This document shows, in pieces, positions 30,341 to 40,197 of a stretch of 64,000 nucleotides of DNA. A program made the position numbers and the translations under genes. Numbering within the stretch: position 1 is the first letter of the stretch; every line of letters starts with the position of its first letter. Where the stretch lies: IMG/VR virus record IMGVR_UViG_3300045988_058524, positions 85,118 through 149,117 of that record; one strand, given 5' to 3'. Under the pieces are notes generated by a model. The model was not told the origin of the DNA. It saw nothing but the letters and a program-made list of their open reading frames with translations, and searched no databases. The DNA comes from a virus.

Positions 30341-30865
30341 TTAATAACTAATTGTTAATAAACTTTTCATGCCTTTACCACTAGCTAAATTCTTAAAACA
30401 CTGAGTGATAAATTCCTTCGTTTCTGGATGGATAGCCCTAGGAGAATTTATATACTTAATCCACCAGTTATATTCTCCTTGAAAACTATTACCGTTGTAT
30501 ACTTTACCAGCAGCCAGATAATCGCATACCAATTCTAGAGCATACTCTTTAGGCATCTTCACTGGAACACCGCCAATGTCTAGCTTAGTTACCCAGTATT
30601 CATAATGGTGTGGATTTCTTCCTCTGTGATGTAAATAAGACCTAGAATATCCTAGAATTTCTTTTTCCTTGTTTAAGGGAGATGTGTTATCATCGTAAAA
30701 TTTTACAGAACGAGAGAACTCATACCATCCGAATTTAGATAAGTCGTGCAAGACACCCTGTTTGTATAGACCTAACTGAAAACAGTAATAAGCTACCCAA
30801 AACTTATGTCTAAGTATTCGCCTAAGGTGTTTCAGTGTTATACACATACATTTAAGAATTTCCAT
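30341..30865 (-). CDS. hypothetical protein (His-rich, possible HD-like)
   Basis: HDLSK and HHRGRNPHH segments; weak. Confidence 0.25.
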   Translation of the reverse strand: MEILKCMCITLKHLRRILRHKFWVAYYCFQLGLYKQGVLHDLSKFGWYEFSRSVKFYDDNTSPLNKEKEILGYSRSYLHHRGRNPHHYEYWVTKLDIGGVPVKMPKEYALELVCDYLAAGKVYNGNSFQGEYNWWIKYINSPRAIHPETKEFITQCFKNLASGKGMKSLLTISY

Positions 30866-31185
30866 ATCTTCTTCACTATTCTAGTTAGAAAATTATTTCC
30901 TCTTAGATTGAACTTATGTGTATATCCAGACAACTTATCTGGATTCCACACAGCGTGAACTATATAGAATAAATATCCTACCGTGTATAACATAATGTTC
31001 AGTACTGGGATAAATCCTAGAATTAGTATTACTAAAACTAGCCACACTGGAACTTTAAGGTCATAGTCTTCTTCTATAAGTGCCACACTTCTGCTATACC
31101 CATTGTAGTAAACGGTTACATGGGTATCTTTCCAGATAAGCACCGTGATGATTACCATCACAGTGCATATTACTAGATACATCAT
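30838..31185 (-). CDS. integral membrane protein
   Basis: Three predicted TM helices. Confidence 0.35.
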   Translation of the reverse strand: MMYLVICTVMVIITVLIWKDTHVTVYYNGYSRSVALIEEDYDLKVPVWLVLVILILGFIPVLNIMLYTVGYLFYIVHAVWNPDKLSGYTHKFNLRGNNFLTRIVKKIWKFLNVCV

Positions 31186-32009
31186 TTGTTATTAGCTACG
31201 TCTTTAAATAAGGTGGGAACCTGACCATAAGTAGGAAGTTTTCCGTCCCACTTCTTAATCATATCCTGTTGAACTATGAGAACTGACAAAGATGCTGAAA
31301 TTTTTCTATTATATTCAGCTTCTGCATCACCCTTAATCTTAAGAGCTTCTGCTTCTCCTTGTGCAGCCGCCACTTTCTTTTTAGCTTCGGCCTCAATAGT
31401 CTTAACTTCATTCTCTGCCTTCAAAGCCTGTTGAATTGCAGCATTCTTAGCATCAATAGAATTGACTAGCGTCTGTGGATATTGAAGACCAGAAGTCATT
31501 TGTTCAAGCTGAAAATTCTCAGCCAAGAGTTCCTTTGACAGTCTATCTTCTATAGACTTCTCAAACTCCTCACGTTTACTTACTAGTTCATCAGTAGTAT
31601 AGTTATTTAGCTGAATACGAAAAGCATTCTTTACGTAATTGTACAAAGTAGTGTTAATTACCTCTACAATATCTTCCTTTCTATACTTCTTAAATACTTC
31701 TGGTGATTTCCCGTCAACAATCTTCAAAGAAATTGTAGGGTCTACAGTAAATGATGACCCATCTTTAGCATTAATACTGAAAGGAGGATAGTCCACAGTC
31801 TGTACGAATGTAGGATATTCATATACAGCCGTAGTAACAGGATTGTACCATACCGCACCAGTAACAAGAGACACATCGTCTACTCCTTTACCATCTCCGT
31901 ATAGATTTACCTTGATGCCTTCATAACCAGCATCAATTCTCTCATAGCCACAACTAGATAAGCCAAACACTAAAGTTAATACACACAAAATCTTAATAAT
32001 TGTCTTCAT
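31182..32009 (-). CDS. SPFH/Band-7 (prohibitin/HflC-like) lipoprotein
   Basis: Signal peptide plus lipobox-like LSSCG. Band-7 core with C-terminal Ala/Glu/Lys coiled coil. Confidence 0.5.
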   Translation of the reverse strand: MKTIIKILCVLTLVFGLSSCGYERIDAGYEGIKVNLYGDGKGVDDVSLVTGAVWYNPVTTAVYEYPTFVQTVDYPPFSINAKDGSSFTVDPTISLKIVDGKSPEVFKKYRKEDIVEVINTTLYNYVKNAFRIQLNNYTTDELVSKREEFEKSIEDRLSKELLAENFQLEQMTSGLQYPQTLVNSIDAKNAAIQQALKAENEVKTIEAEAKKKVAAAQGEAEALKIKGDAEAEYNRKISASLSVLIVQQDMIKKWDGKLPTYGQVPTLFKDVANNK

Positions 32010-32205
32010 TTTCCTTATTTAAATAATGTTTCTTAATATATTTGAATATCCTATAAACTAAACTTGGGATTGCCACTAGTAATAGTAACAACCCCAAGAT
32101 ATTTGCAGCATACAATGATTCGGATAATAACCATAAGCTGATGTTGTAAATTACAACGATTAATAGAACGGCAACAAATGCCTTAATTAAGTTTTTCTCG
32201 ACCAT
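31993..32205 (-). CDS. small membrane protein
   Basis: Two hydrophobic helices. Confidence 0.3.
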   Translation of the reverse strand: MVEKNLIKAFVAVLLIVVIYNISLWLLSESLYAANILGLLLLLVAIPSLVYRIFKYIKKHYLNKENEDNY

Positions 32206-32446
32206 AGAATAATATATTCTCTATTGCCGCTTTTATTATACCATAGTAGTACATTATCCTCTGTAATATCTACATACGGGTCATAATAAATATACGCGGC
32301 AAACATTATGCACACAATTATAAACGCAATCATGATTTATCGAGTTTTAATAGACCCAGGTCTGGTAGTTGCAGCCTGAAAGTCTTTTCCTTGTTTATCC
32401 CACCATGCTTGCTTTGCTTTTAACCAAGCTACTTTTTTCTTATACT

Positions 32447-33463
32447 TCATTGTTCGGAAATTATTACGATACGATTAAATTCATTATCTCCAAATTCAGT
32501 GGTAATTCCGCATCCCTTAACAACCAATTTATCCTCTGGAGCACCATAGCTAATCAGAGCCTTCTTCATAGATTCTGCCCTAGCTACAGCAAGGTTATTA
32601 TTAAACTCTTCTGGACCTTCTTCCGAAGCATATCCCTCAATTACATAAGTTTTTCCACTATTAGAAATATAGGAAGCTAGTTCTGAGACAGCCACATTGG
32701 AAGTTTTAGAAATCTCTGAAGAATTTTGAAGGAATTGAATTTTTGGAGTCAAAAGCTCTACTTTAGTAATTTCGATTGTGTCTGTCTTAACAATTTCTAC
32801 TGGTTTACGAGCCATAAGTTCCTCATTCTTGGCTCTCAACTCATTAATAGAAGCGTTTAGGCTTTCAACCTCGGCATCACTATACAACTTCATAATTGGA
32901 AAGTCCCCTTTGCTAGACTTAAAGCGATAGGTAGCACCAATATAGACGTTAAACTCATGATTCAGAGGAGAAGTCTTGGGAAGTAACATATACTCAGGAG
33001 TAACATTTAATGCCCATCTATTAGAGATATTAAAGTTACATCTAACGGCTCCACGGGCGGATACATTATTATAGACATCTCCATAAGTATGATACCAACC
33101 AGCACCAACGATTAGTATAGGCTCAAACAGACGCCTATCTCCGTTATATCCACATATCAGGTTAGTAAGATTGGTAGTAACGTTAGCTGTCAAATTATGT
33201 GAATCAAAGAATGTTTTATTTCCTTGGTTCATTCCAGCCATCATGTCTAACTCCAAGCCAAAGATAGGAGTAATCTCCTTACCAATAGCAATGTTTACTA
33301 GTACATCATTTGGTTCTGCCCAACTTCTATGGTTATCCCAAATAGTAGTTCCAACATTACCAGAAATATACCAGTTATCCTTCATACTTCCAGTCTCAAC
33401 AACTTGTGCGCTAGCAAATGCACACATTAAACACAAACAAATAATACTAAAAATTCTCTTCAT
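32447..33463 (-). CDS. OmpA-family outer-membrane protein
   Basis: Signal peptide ending AFASAQ; beta-rich N-domain; C-terminal OmpA-like segment (NNLAVARAESMKKAL). Confidence 0.55.
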   Translation of the reverse strand: MKRIFSIICLCLMCAFASAQVVETGSMKDNWYISGNVGTTIWDNHRSWAEPNDVLVNIAIGKEITPIFGLELDMMAGMNQGNKTFFDSHNLTANVTTNLTNLICGYNGDRRLFEPILIVGAGWYHTYGDVYNNVSARGAVRCNFNISNRWALNVTPEYMLLPKTSPLNHEFNVYIGATYRFKSSKGDFPIMKLYSDAEVESLNASINELRAKNEELMARKPVEIVKTDTIEITKVELLTPKIQFLQNSSEISKTSNVAVSELASYISNSGKTYVIEGYASEEGPEEFNNNLAVARAESMKKALISYGAPEDKLVVKGCGITTEFGDNEFNRIVIISEQ

Positions 33464-33479
33464 AATTAAATTAATTAAA

Positions 33480-33914
33480 TTAATCCCACCAAGTTCTCAT
33501 ACGTTCAAACTTAAGTTTATTGTACAAGTACCAGGCTTTTTCTCTTCTTAAATGGTCTTGAAGAATAGGTTTACTCAAATCAAGATCAGCAGCTTGAGGC
33601 CAGAATCGTTTCCAGTTCTTAATGTTTATGTGCCTATCCACGAATCCTTCAGACCCAGGTCTGAAATCGCAATGATAGGCAGAATCTATCTCTAGAACAA
33701 TATCTAAAAGTCCTAGTGCGAGTTTTAGATTCTTTTCAACAACTTCATTACCTTTAGCAATTCTAGATACCTTGAAGTATTCATACATTCTAATTAAAGC
33801 TTGTTTCTCTAGGGAGAGAACAAAACCATAATCAAACGGATAGAACTTCATAGCCTCTTTAATGAGTCTCTTGTTTTTGTTCTTTCTTAGTTTCATATTC
33901 TTGACTTGCTTCAA
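33480..33914 (-). CDS. hypothetical protein
   Basis: ORF track. Confidence 0.3.
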   Translation of the reverse strand: MKQVKNMKLRKNKNKRLIKEAMKFYPFDYGFVLSLEKQALIRMYEYFKVSRIAKGNEVVEKNLKLALGLLDIVLEIDSAYHCDFRPGSEGFVDRHINIKNWKRFWPQAADLDLSKPILQDHLRREKAWYLYNKLKFERMRTWWD

Positions 33915-34320
33915 CTGCTAATTTATCTGCTAAATTGTTCATTTCAGAAAAGAAATCGGAATTTGAAGTGTGTCCCTTAACCCAACAAAATTTTATGTCA
34001 GGACAAAACTGGCTTGCCTTAGCAAAAACTTTGTCATATAAGTTCCACAACTCTACATTCTTTTTTCTTTTCCATCCTTTTGTAGCACATCCTATTACAT
34101 ACTGAGAATCTGAATAGATGGTAAGAGATTCTATCTTACGACTTACTGCATTAAGAGCATATATTACAGCTAACAACTCACATTTGTTGTTAGTAGTATT
34201 TGGAATCATCTTGCTAAATTCATAGGATTTTTTCCCATCAATTACGAATACAGCTCCTACTCCTCCTGTATTTCTAGATGAACTAAAAGCTCCGTCAGTA
34301 AAGACCTCTAAATTACTCAT
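33859..34320 (-). CDS. ribonuclease H
   Basis: DEDD-type signature: FTDGA, ELLAV, SDSQYV, NNLADKLA. Confidence 0.6.
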   Translation of the reverse strand: MSNLEVFTDGAFSSSRNTGGVGAVFVIDGKKSYEFSKMIPNTTNNKCELLAVIYALNAVSRKIESLTIYSDSQYVIGCATKGWKRKKNVELWNLYDKVFAKASQFCPDIKFCWVKGHTSNSDFFSEMNNLADKLAVEASQEYETKKEQKQETH

Positions 34321-34708
34321 TCTGAGTATTAGTCCTGAGATTAGTTCCTAGTAGTATTGCTATCTTTAGCAGGTCGTCTTGGTTATCACAAAATATATTA
34401 TCTAAAATATAGTTTGCGTAATCACTTATTCTAACTCTCTTTCCTATAGCTCCATACTTCTCATTAAGCCACTTAATTTGTGGAATAAAGTCTTCCAAAT
34501 TATCTCCAAGATGCCTCAAGGCTTTTCTAATAGAGACTGGAAACCACATTTTTTCTTTTATCCAATCTAAGTGACAATAACCAAAAGCAAAAGCTCTACT
34601 CAAATCCTTCTGAATGAATTCATCTAGCTCGAAATTTCTCTCATGCCTTCCTAATTCCTCAAAATCATCTTTTAAATCTAAACAGAACACTTCATTGAAC
34701 TCAATCAT
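34313..34708 (-). CDS. hypothetical protein
   Basis: ORF track. Confidence 0.3.
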   Translation of the reverse strand: MIEFNEVFCLDLKDDFEELGRHERNFELDEFIQKDLSRAFAFGYCHLDWIKEKMWFPVSIRKALRHLGDNLEDFIPQIKWLNEKYGAIGKRVRISDYANYILDNIFCDNQDDLLKIAILLGTNLRTNTQNE

Positions 34709-35090
34709 CGCTCCAAGATTCTATAACACCAATCAACTCTAGCATACCATATCTACACATAGCCTTAAATGGCCCAGTAGATATAGAAACAAATGTTGAT
34801 TTACTGTTTCTATAATTTCTTATTACTTGCGTAAGTAAGTCTCTAGCTAGTGCTCTTAGGTCAGAAATAGATGGAACTCTGTACTCTCCAGGACTTATAT
34901 ACATCCTCCAAGGAGACTTTCCTACACATTTCCCATCATCGTCATATGTTCTATGACTCTTGTCCCAACTCATATATTCTAGAACCTTATCAAAGTCAAA
35001 GTTCTTCATGATGTAGTCACACTGAACATCAAGAGGTGGGGCATCACTAAAATTTCTTGTCTTCTTTACTTTCATTTTTATAACATTCAA
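34701..35090 (-). CDS. hypothetical protein
   Basis: ORF track. Confidence 0.3.
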   Translation of the reverse strand: MNVIKMKVKKTRNFSDAPPLDVQCDYIMKNFDFDKVLEYMSWDKSHRTYDDDGKCVGKSPWRMYISPGEYRVPSISDLRALARDLLTQVIRNYRNSKSTFVSISTGPFKAMCRYGMLELIGVIESWSDD

Positions 35091-35361
35091 CGAGGCGTTG
35101 CAGATTGGGAAGTTTGTCAGATCTCACACTGACAATTAAACCTCCTCTCCGCAGATTGTAACTCAATTTGATTCCGCAATGATTAAGAATTTCGATAAAC
35201 TCTTTCAATGCGTTACCTTTCAATACATTTCTATAGACTAGCTTCTGACCATCTTGATAACCTTCACGGTAGTATTCATTCGCAACATCGGAAATAAGCC
35301 ATCGTCTAATGGGTGAAACCTTTTCTAGGAGTTCACTAACTCTAGTTGCGATGAAATCCAT
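35047..35361 (-). CDS. hypothetical protein
   Basis: ORF track. Confidence 0.3.
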   Translation of the reverse strand: MDFIATRVSELLEKVSPIRRWLISDVANEYYREGYQDGQKLVYRNVLKGNALKEFIEILNHCGIKLSYNLRRGGLIVSVRSDKLPNLQRLVECYKNESKEDKKF

Positions 35362-35363
35362 AC

Positions 35364-35522
35364 TTACTGAATACTATCGTTAGATACTATAGAATCGACA
35401 GCAGTTGTGTCTACAACATTCTCAACGACTACAACAGAGTCCTCTGCAGTTGCTGGTTGAGTCTTGTGTGTGCAAGCCGACATAGCGGCAACTAACACAA
35501 AAAGCAATAGTAACTTCTTCAT
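35364..35522 (-). CDS. small putative lipoprotein (52 aa)
   Basis: Manual translation: MKKLLLLFVLVAAMSACTHKTQPATAEDSVVVVENVVDTTAVDSIVSNDSIQ. Signal peptide plus Cys. Below the track length cutoff. Confidence 0.35.
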   Translation of the reverse strand: MKKLLLLFVLVAAMSACTHKTQPATAEDSVVVVENVVDTTAVDSIVSNDSIQ

Positions 35523-35557
35523 TTTAATAATTTTTAATTAGTTAAACATTTTATCTA

Positions 35558-35610
35558 TCAAAAAAAGAGTGGTTCCAGTATCTGTGCTTCTCAGATACTT
35601 TCCCCACTCC
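35558..35610 (-). terminator. rho-independent terminator (minus strand)
   Basis: GAGTGG/CCACTC and AGTATCTG/CAGATACT stems, followed on the minus strand by UUUUUUUGAU. Confidence 0.45.
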
Positions 35611-36001
35611 TATCACTCCGAAGAGCTTGTACCGTTATTAGGTCGGCCAACCTCCCTCTTCATCTTGTTGAGAATTTGGGATAATAGTCACCAAGTTTAA
35701 AGATTACTTGTAACTGAAGCAAATGCTGAAACCCTTAACAGGGCCTCGTAACTCCTCCAACAACTTGGTTGGTGAGCTATAGTAGGAAGCTAACACGCAG
35801 GCAAAGATGAAATCAAAGTCAAAGACCTGGTCACACTAGCGAAGACTAAGACAAAGACTCTCAATAAGAGAGTAATTTCAAGATTTTTGTGAGACCAGTG
35901 AATGTGTAAGTCAGAAATCCTTAGATTTCCAAATAAAGATTCATATATTATTCCTAACGTATATATATAAATTGTTAGCTTCCTACAGAAAATTCCTCTA
36001 A

Positions 36002-36916
36002 TTACTTAGAGGAAGGATCGCCTTGTTTCCTAATCTCTTCGAAAATTCCTAGGAGATTCGTTGGCAAGGTAATCTTTAGTTGAGAAATGCGCTCCTGTTC
36101 AGATGTCCTCCAGTTATTGAACTGACTTCTAAACTCTTGCATTTTAGAATTATATCTCTCATAGTCAGCCTTAAATTCTGCCACTCTGTCTTGATATTCC
36201 CTTTCTCTAGTCATATCAAGTTTATTTACAGTCTCTTTAAGTTCTGCCTTCATAGCGTTTAGTTCTTTTTCATAAGAACGATACGTATCTTGAAGAGACA
36301 TAAACATCGTATCAACGTCCTCTACCTTAATAGTAGGGTCTTGGTAATAGAGAATTAAGTCTCTACCAGTTCCTTCCCTGTAGATTGGGCAGTTTTCAGC
36401 AGCATGAACATCTTTTCTAGCTTTGCTAAAAGCTCCTTTTGGGTGAATATATTTCCCATAAGTAGAAGCAAACGCTTCAAGTCTTAGGTACTTGTTTCTC
36501 TTATTGGCATCCCATGAATCCATTACCTCTTTCTCATCCGCCTTAATAGGTGAATCAGGATATTGAGGTTGTTCTGGAATCTCGACATTGTTTTCTCTAG
36601 CCCATTTTTCAATAGAGTAAGCAGTAGTACAGGAAATCAATTCCTCCTTTTTCTTAATAGCCTCTCGCACCCAAGCACAGAAGCTATTCATTTCCGCAGA
36701 CTTTTCTAAGTCATCCTTAATAAAGTCTAAGGAAGTTTGACCTACTGTCATTAGTTGCTTCTCTCCACCTCCTATGGAGGCTACAGATATTTGATAGAAC
36801 TTCACACTATTCAGACGCTCAGTAGCAGCCTGAATCATTTCCTGCGCAACATTAGCATAATAGTTAGCAGATGTAGAAGTCAATCCTTCGCTTCCAAAAA
36901 ATACACTTTCTTTCAT
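36002..36916 (-). CDS. hypothetical coiled-coil protein
   Basis: ORF track. Confidence 0.35.
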   Translation of the reverse strand: MKESVFFGSEGLTSTSANYYANVAQEMIQAATERLNSVKFYQISVASIGGGEKQLMTVGQTSLDFIKDDLEKSAEMNSFCAWVREAIKKKEELISCTTAYSIEKWARENNVEIPEQPQYPDSPIKADEKEVMDSWDANKRNKYLRLEAFASTYGKYIHPKGAFSKARKDVHAAENCPIYREGTGRDLILYYQDPTIKVEDVDTMFMSLQDTYRSYEKELNAMKAELKETVNKLDMTREREYQDRVAEFKADYERYNSKMQEFRSQFNNWRTSEQERISQLKITLPTNLLGIFEEIRKQGDPSSK

Positions 36917-37119
36917 TTTGTTAACTTATCAATTACATTTACTATAGATTCTTCTCCAGCTATGAAACCAGCTCTATGAGCGTTCATAATAAGTTTCTTC
37001 AAACTTTCTAGCTCCTCTTTTGACTTAAGAGTATTGCTAGTATAAATCTCTACTAGTTCTTTTATGTATCTTTCCATATCAAAACATTTTATAGTACCCG
37101 AAGTGGGACTCGAACCCAC
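36913..37119 (-). CDS. hypothetical protein
   Basis: ORF track; 3' end abuts tRNA-Leu. Confidence 0.3.
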   Translation of the reverse strand: MGSSPTSGTIKCFDMERYIKELVEIYTSNTLKSKEELESLKKLIMNAHRAGFIAGEESIVNVIDKLTK

Positions 37120-37179
37120 ACGCCCTCAATGGGCATCAGAGCTTAAATCTGACGTGTCTACCAATTCCACCATCCGGGC
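37095..37179 (-). tRNA. tRNA-Leu(TAA), type II
   Basis: Hand-folded. Acceptor GCCCGGA; D-arm GTGGAATTGGTAGAC; anticodon loop TTTAAGC; variable hairpin GCCCATTGAGGGC; T-arm GTGGGTTCGAGTCCCAC. Confidence 0.75.
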
Positions 37180-37295
37180 ATATGGTAGCTATTCTCACGA
37201 ACCGCTACCGAGAGATAATCCTAAAGTATCATTTTTCTAATCTTCTTACTAGATTAGTCTCCGAATTGTTAAATTCAAAGTTAAAAACTGTTAAC

Positions 37296-37607
37296 TTACT
37301 TAAACTGTAGACAGGTGTTAATAAACTTATCAACATCAGTTCCACAATCAATATAGTTAGGGGTAACTTTTTCAAAGTATCTTAGATTAGCTTCTGTGCC
37401 TATTAACCCAAGCTCTTCAAAATCGTAACCCTCTCCATGAATATCAAAGGGTAGTCCAGGACTGAATGTCAACCAGGCTACTCCTTCAAATTCGCAACAA
37501 ATACAAACTGTCAACCCACTTTCTCTTAGTCTGTCTAAGATTTGTGGACTGACAGTCTTTAATACCACATGCTTACCCAAGTTCGGCAAGTCTCCGTTTG
37601 ATTTCAT
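37296..37607 (-). CDS. hypothetical protein
   Basis: ORF track. Confidence 0.3.
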   Translation of the reverse strand: MKSNGDLPNLGKHVVLKTVSPQILDRLRESGLTVCICCEFEGVAWLTFSPGLPFDIHGEGYDFEELGLIGTEANLRYFEKVTPNYIDCGTDVDKFINTCLQFK

Positions 37608-37947
37608 CTTCAGATAAGCTTTCCAATTTCTCAGATTGTTTCTTAGCTAACAGTTCCGTTAGGCGGGCCTTCTCAACAGCCTTATTCTTAGCCGCTTCTC
37701 TGTCAGCTTTCTCCTTCAGCTTATCGGTTATAATCTCCTTCACAATATTGAACTTTAACTCAAGTTCAGTATTGCTGGGAGCATCATTAGTTATAAATGA
37801 TTTTCTTGGACTTTTAGCTAGTTCCTCATCGTAAGAAACAGCTAATTTATCCAATACTGGCAGGCTCAAGTCCCACAAATCTTCTACACTCAGATTACCT
37901 TTACTAGTTGCAAAGCGCAACTTCATTTTTGATGCTTGTTTAAACAT
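37573..37947 (-). CDS. hypothetical protein
   Basis: ORF track. Confidence 0.3.
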   Translation of the reverse strand: MFKQASKMKLRFATSKGNLSVEDLWDLSLPVLDKLAVSYDEELAKSPRKSFITNDAPSNTELELKFNIVKEIITDKLKEKADREAAKNKAVEKARLTELLAKKQSEKLESLSEDEIKRRLAELG

Positions 37948-37949
37948 AA

Positions 37950-39965
37950 TTAGAAAACGATTTTAAATGATTTATTATCAACTTTTACAACAACATCATT
38001 GTGTGATGTGCTAGAAAATCCCAATCCACTTAATTGGTCGTCACTGTACTCAGCTTTCGCTCTAGAACCTAGTGCTTCAAACACTCTTTTGTGTTCTTTT
38101 TCGAGGTCAGCTCTCAAATATTCATTAAAGAAACCTCTAACAGGGTCTGGATTCTTACATCCGTCTATCATAAAGAACAGATGTTTGTTTCCTATTGCGT
38201 TACCTCCCCAGTGGTTAGGAGAGAACATAATGCAAGAAACCTTCTGAAATTTCATCGTATCAATTCCCCACTCGTTTGTGGATTTGAAAGATGTAGAACC
38301 TTCTTTAATAGTAGGAACTAGAGAGATATTTCCTTGTCTATCTACGCTAATACGGGCAACCTCAACAAATTCCCGATCTGGAACTCTACTTTCGTAGTTA
38401 AACTTGTGAAGCTCTCCATTAATTTCGATTTCCATCTCAAAGCCAAAGTCTATATTCTCTCTCTTACAGAAGTTATGCACTCTTACTACATAATCTCCAG
38501 GTCTGAGTCTACTAGGATTCGTCCAGATAATATTCTCAACAGCATCCCTAGTTCTTCCGAAACCTGCGTTCATATCAACATCAAGAGTTCCTCCAGTAGT
38601 ACCAGTTTCGCTTCCATAATAGATTTCTCTTCCACCAGGTTCGGTTACATGAAGGTCAAGGTCATCATAGTTAAACCAGTGAAGAGAGCATCTCATGAAA
38701 CCGTCTACATTTCCACCAGCAGCCTTTACCTTCTCCTTGAAGGAATCGGCTACAGAACCATTATAAACCCAAGCAAAGTTGTTATTCCACTTAAACAACT
38801 GTCCAGCATCCGGATTTTCAGGAGCAGTCAGAGTAACAAAGTTGGGAATATGTCTGTTCTCTACCAAGATAGAAACCTCCTTAGCTCCTGGAAGTACATT
38901 CTTGACAAAGGCATCAGCAGAAACTTCTTGGGCTTTGGTAAACTCTTTTGGATTTACTGTAGAAGTCTCAGAGAGCATATCAAACATTCCTCCCTTCATC
39001 TTTGCTCTAGTATCTCTATTTACGAATAGAACATCATTCACAGAAATATCTTCTACGTGAGCGTGACGACGAGGAAGTGCATCAGTAAGACCCAGCTCTT
39101 CTACCTTCTTCTGAGCAGCTTCAATTTGCTTCTTAGTAATAAGAGCAGTAGGTCTCTTATAGTTAGCAGGAGCCATGATGTTTTCATATGCTCTTACGGC
39201 TCTCTCCAAATCTACACCATTACTTAGGTCAATAAGTAAAGTTCCCATAGCCGTATTTCTAATCTTAGCTATAGGAGACTTAAAGTTTAACCAGCAATAG
39301 TTAGTTCTTACTTCTGGACTCAGAGTTTGAGCAGTAACTAGTGTTCTTCTAAATTCCTCCAAACTCTTCAAGAACTCTGCACCTCTATAGAGATTATTTC
39401 CTTCTATAAGCTCAATAACAGTTTCAACTGCCTCTAGCTTAAGCTCGCTGATGGAGCGTTCAAATACCCCGGCTCTTGCTCTAACATCTCCTCTGTAACC
39501 AGCAGCAGAGTCAAAACCATGAACTCGTTTGTTGAACTTGAAGTTATTCGGAATAGTTACATACAGATGCGTCCAAGTCCTAGTTGTTCCATCAGGAAGT
39601 AGTTGAACATTATGGTCACAACCATGAAATTCGTTCACATCTTGAATAAAGACGTCTCCTATTCCAGCTGCCTTAACTAATTTAGCTAAAGCCTGTGCTG
39701 TTTTCTCATATCCAGGAGTGTGCACATCATCCCAGAATGTTTTAACCTTATACGTTTGAGGGTCAATCGCTACAACTTTACCATAATGCCGGATAAAAGA
39801 TTTACAGGCATTGCAGTTATGGTCTTGTCTAATAGTTTCGTCCTCAAACGACAGAAGATAGCCCATCCAAAGGAGGTCTTTATCAACATTAGCAACAAAC
39901 AGATTTTCTGCAATCATATTATTGAAAGCAGCTTCTACATCTTTCTTAAAATTCTTAAATTCCAC
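37950..39965 (-). CDS. large hypothetical protein (671 aa)
   Basis: ORF track. No motif I can name. Codon usage somewhat more GC-rich than neighbours. Confidence 0.4.
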   Translation of the reverse strand: MEFKNFKKDVEAAFNNMIAENLFVANVDKDLLWMGYLLSFEDETIRQDHNCNACKSFIRHYGKVVAIDPQTYKVKTFWDDVHTPGYEKTAQALAKLVKAAGIGDVFIQDVNEFHGCDHNVQLLPDGTTRTWTHLYVTIPNNFKFNKRVHGFDSAAGYRGDVRARAGVFERSISELKLEAVETVIELIEGNNLYRGAEFLKSLEEFRRTLVTAQTLSPEVRTNYCWLNFKSPIAKIRNTAMGTLLIDLSNGVDLERAVRAYENIMAPANYKRPTALITKKQIEAAQKKVEELGLTDALPRRHAHVEDISVNDVLFVNRDTRAKMKGGMFDMLSETSTVNPKEFTKAQEVSADAFVKNVLPGAKEVSILVENRHIPNFVTLTAPENPDAGQLFKWNNNFAWVYNGSVADSFKEKVKAAGGNVDGFMRCSLHWFNYDDLDLHVTEPGGREIYYGSETGTTGGTLDVDMNAGFGRTRDAVENIIWTNPSRLRPGDYVVRVHNFCKRENIDFGFEMEIEINGELHKFNYESRVPDREFVEVARISVDRQGNISLVPTIKEGSTSFKSTNEWGIDTMKFQKVSCIMFSPNHWGGNAIGNKHLFFMIDGCKNPDPVRGFFNEYLRADLEKEHKRVFEALGSRAKAEYSDDQLSGLGFSSTSHNDVVVKVDNKSFKIVF

Positions 39966-39975
39966 TTTAAATCTA

Positions 39976-40197
39976 TTAAGTGTTCAACTTTTTGTTCATT
40001 TCTCCTTCTAAATTCCTAAGAGTTTCTATACTCTCTTCATAGAACTTATCCTTACCTAATTCACAGACTTTGTAATTGGATAATATTTGCTGGAATCGCA
40101 AATGCGGACTGCATTCTATGATTTGAGCTAGTCTAGTTAAAATCTTAAAGTTAGCTTGTTTTCTAAGCTTAATAGCCTTTTCAATCTGGGCTTCCAT
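39976..40197 (-). CDS. hypothetical protein
   Basis: ORF track. Confidence 0.3.
   Translation of the reverse strand: MEAQIEKAIKLRKQANFKILTRLAQIIECSPHLRFQQILSNYKVCELGKDKFYEESIETLRNLEGEMNKKLNT

Noticed and set aside
36002-36010. Programmed -1 frameshift extending gene 36002..36916 into the downstream open frame
   Set aside because: No slippery X_XXY_YYZ heptamer at the junction (CC UCU AAG UAA).
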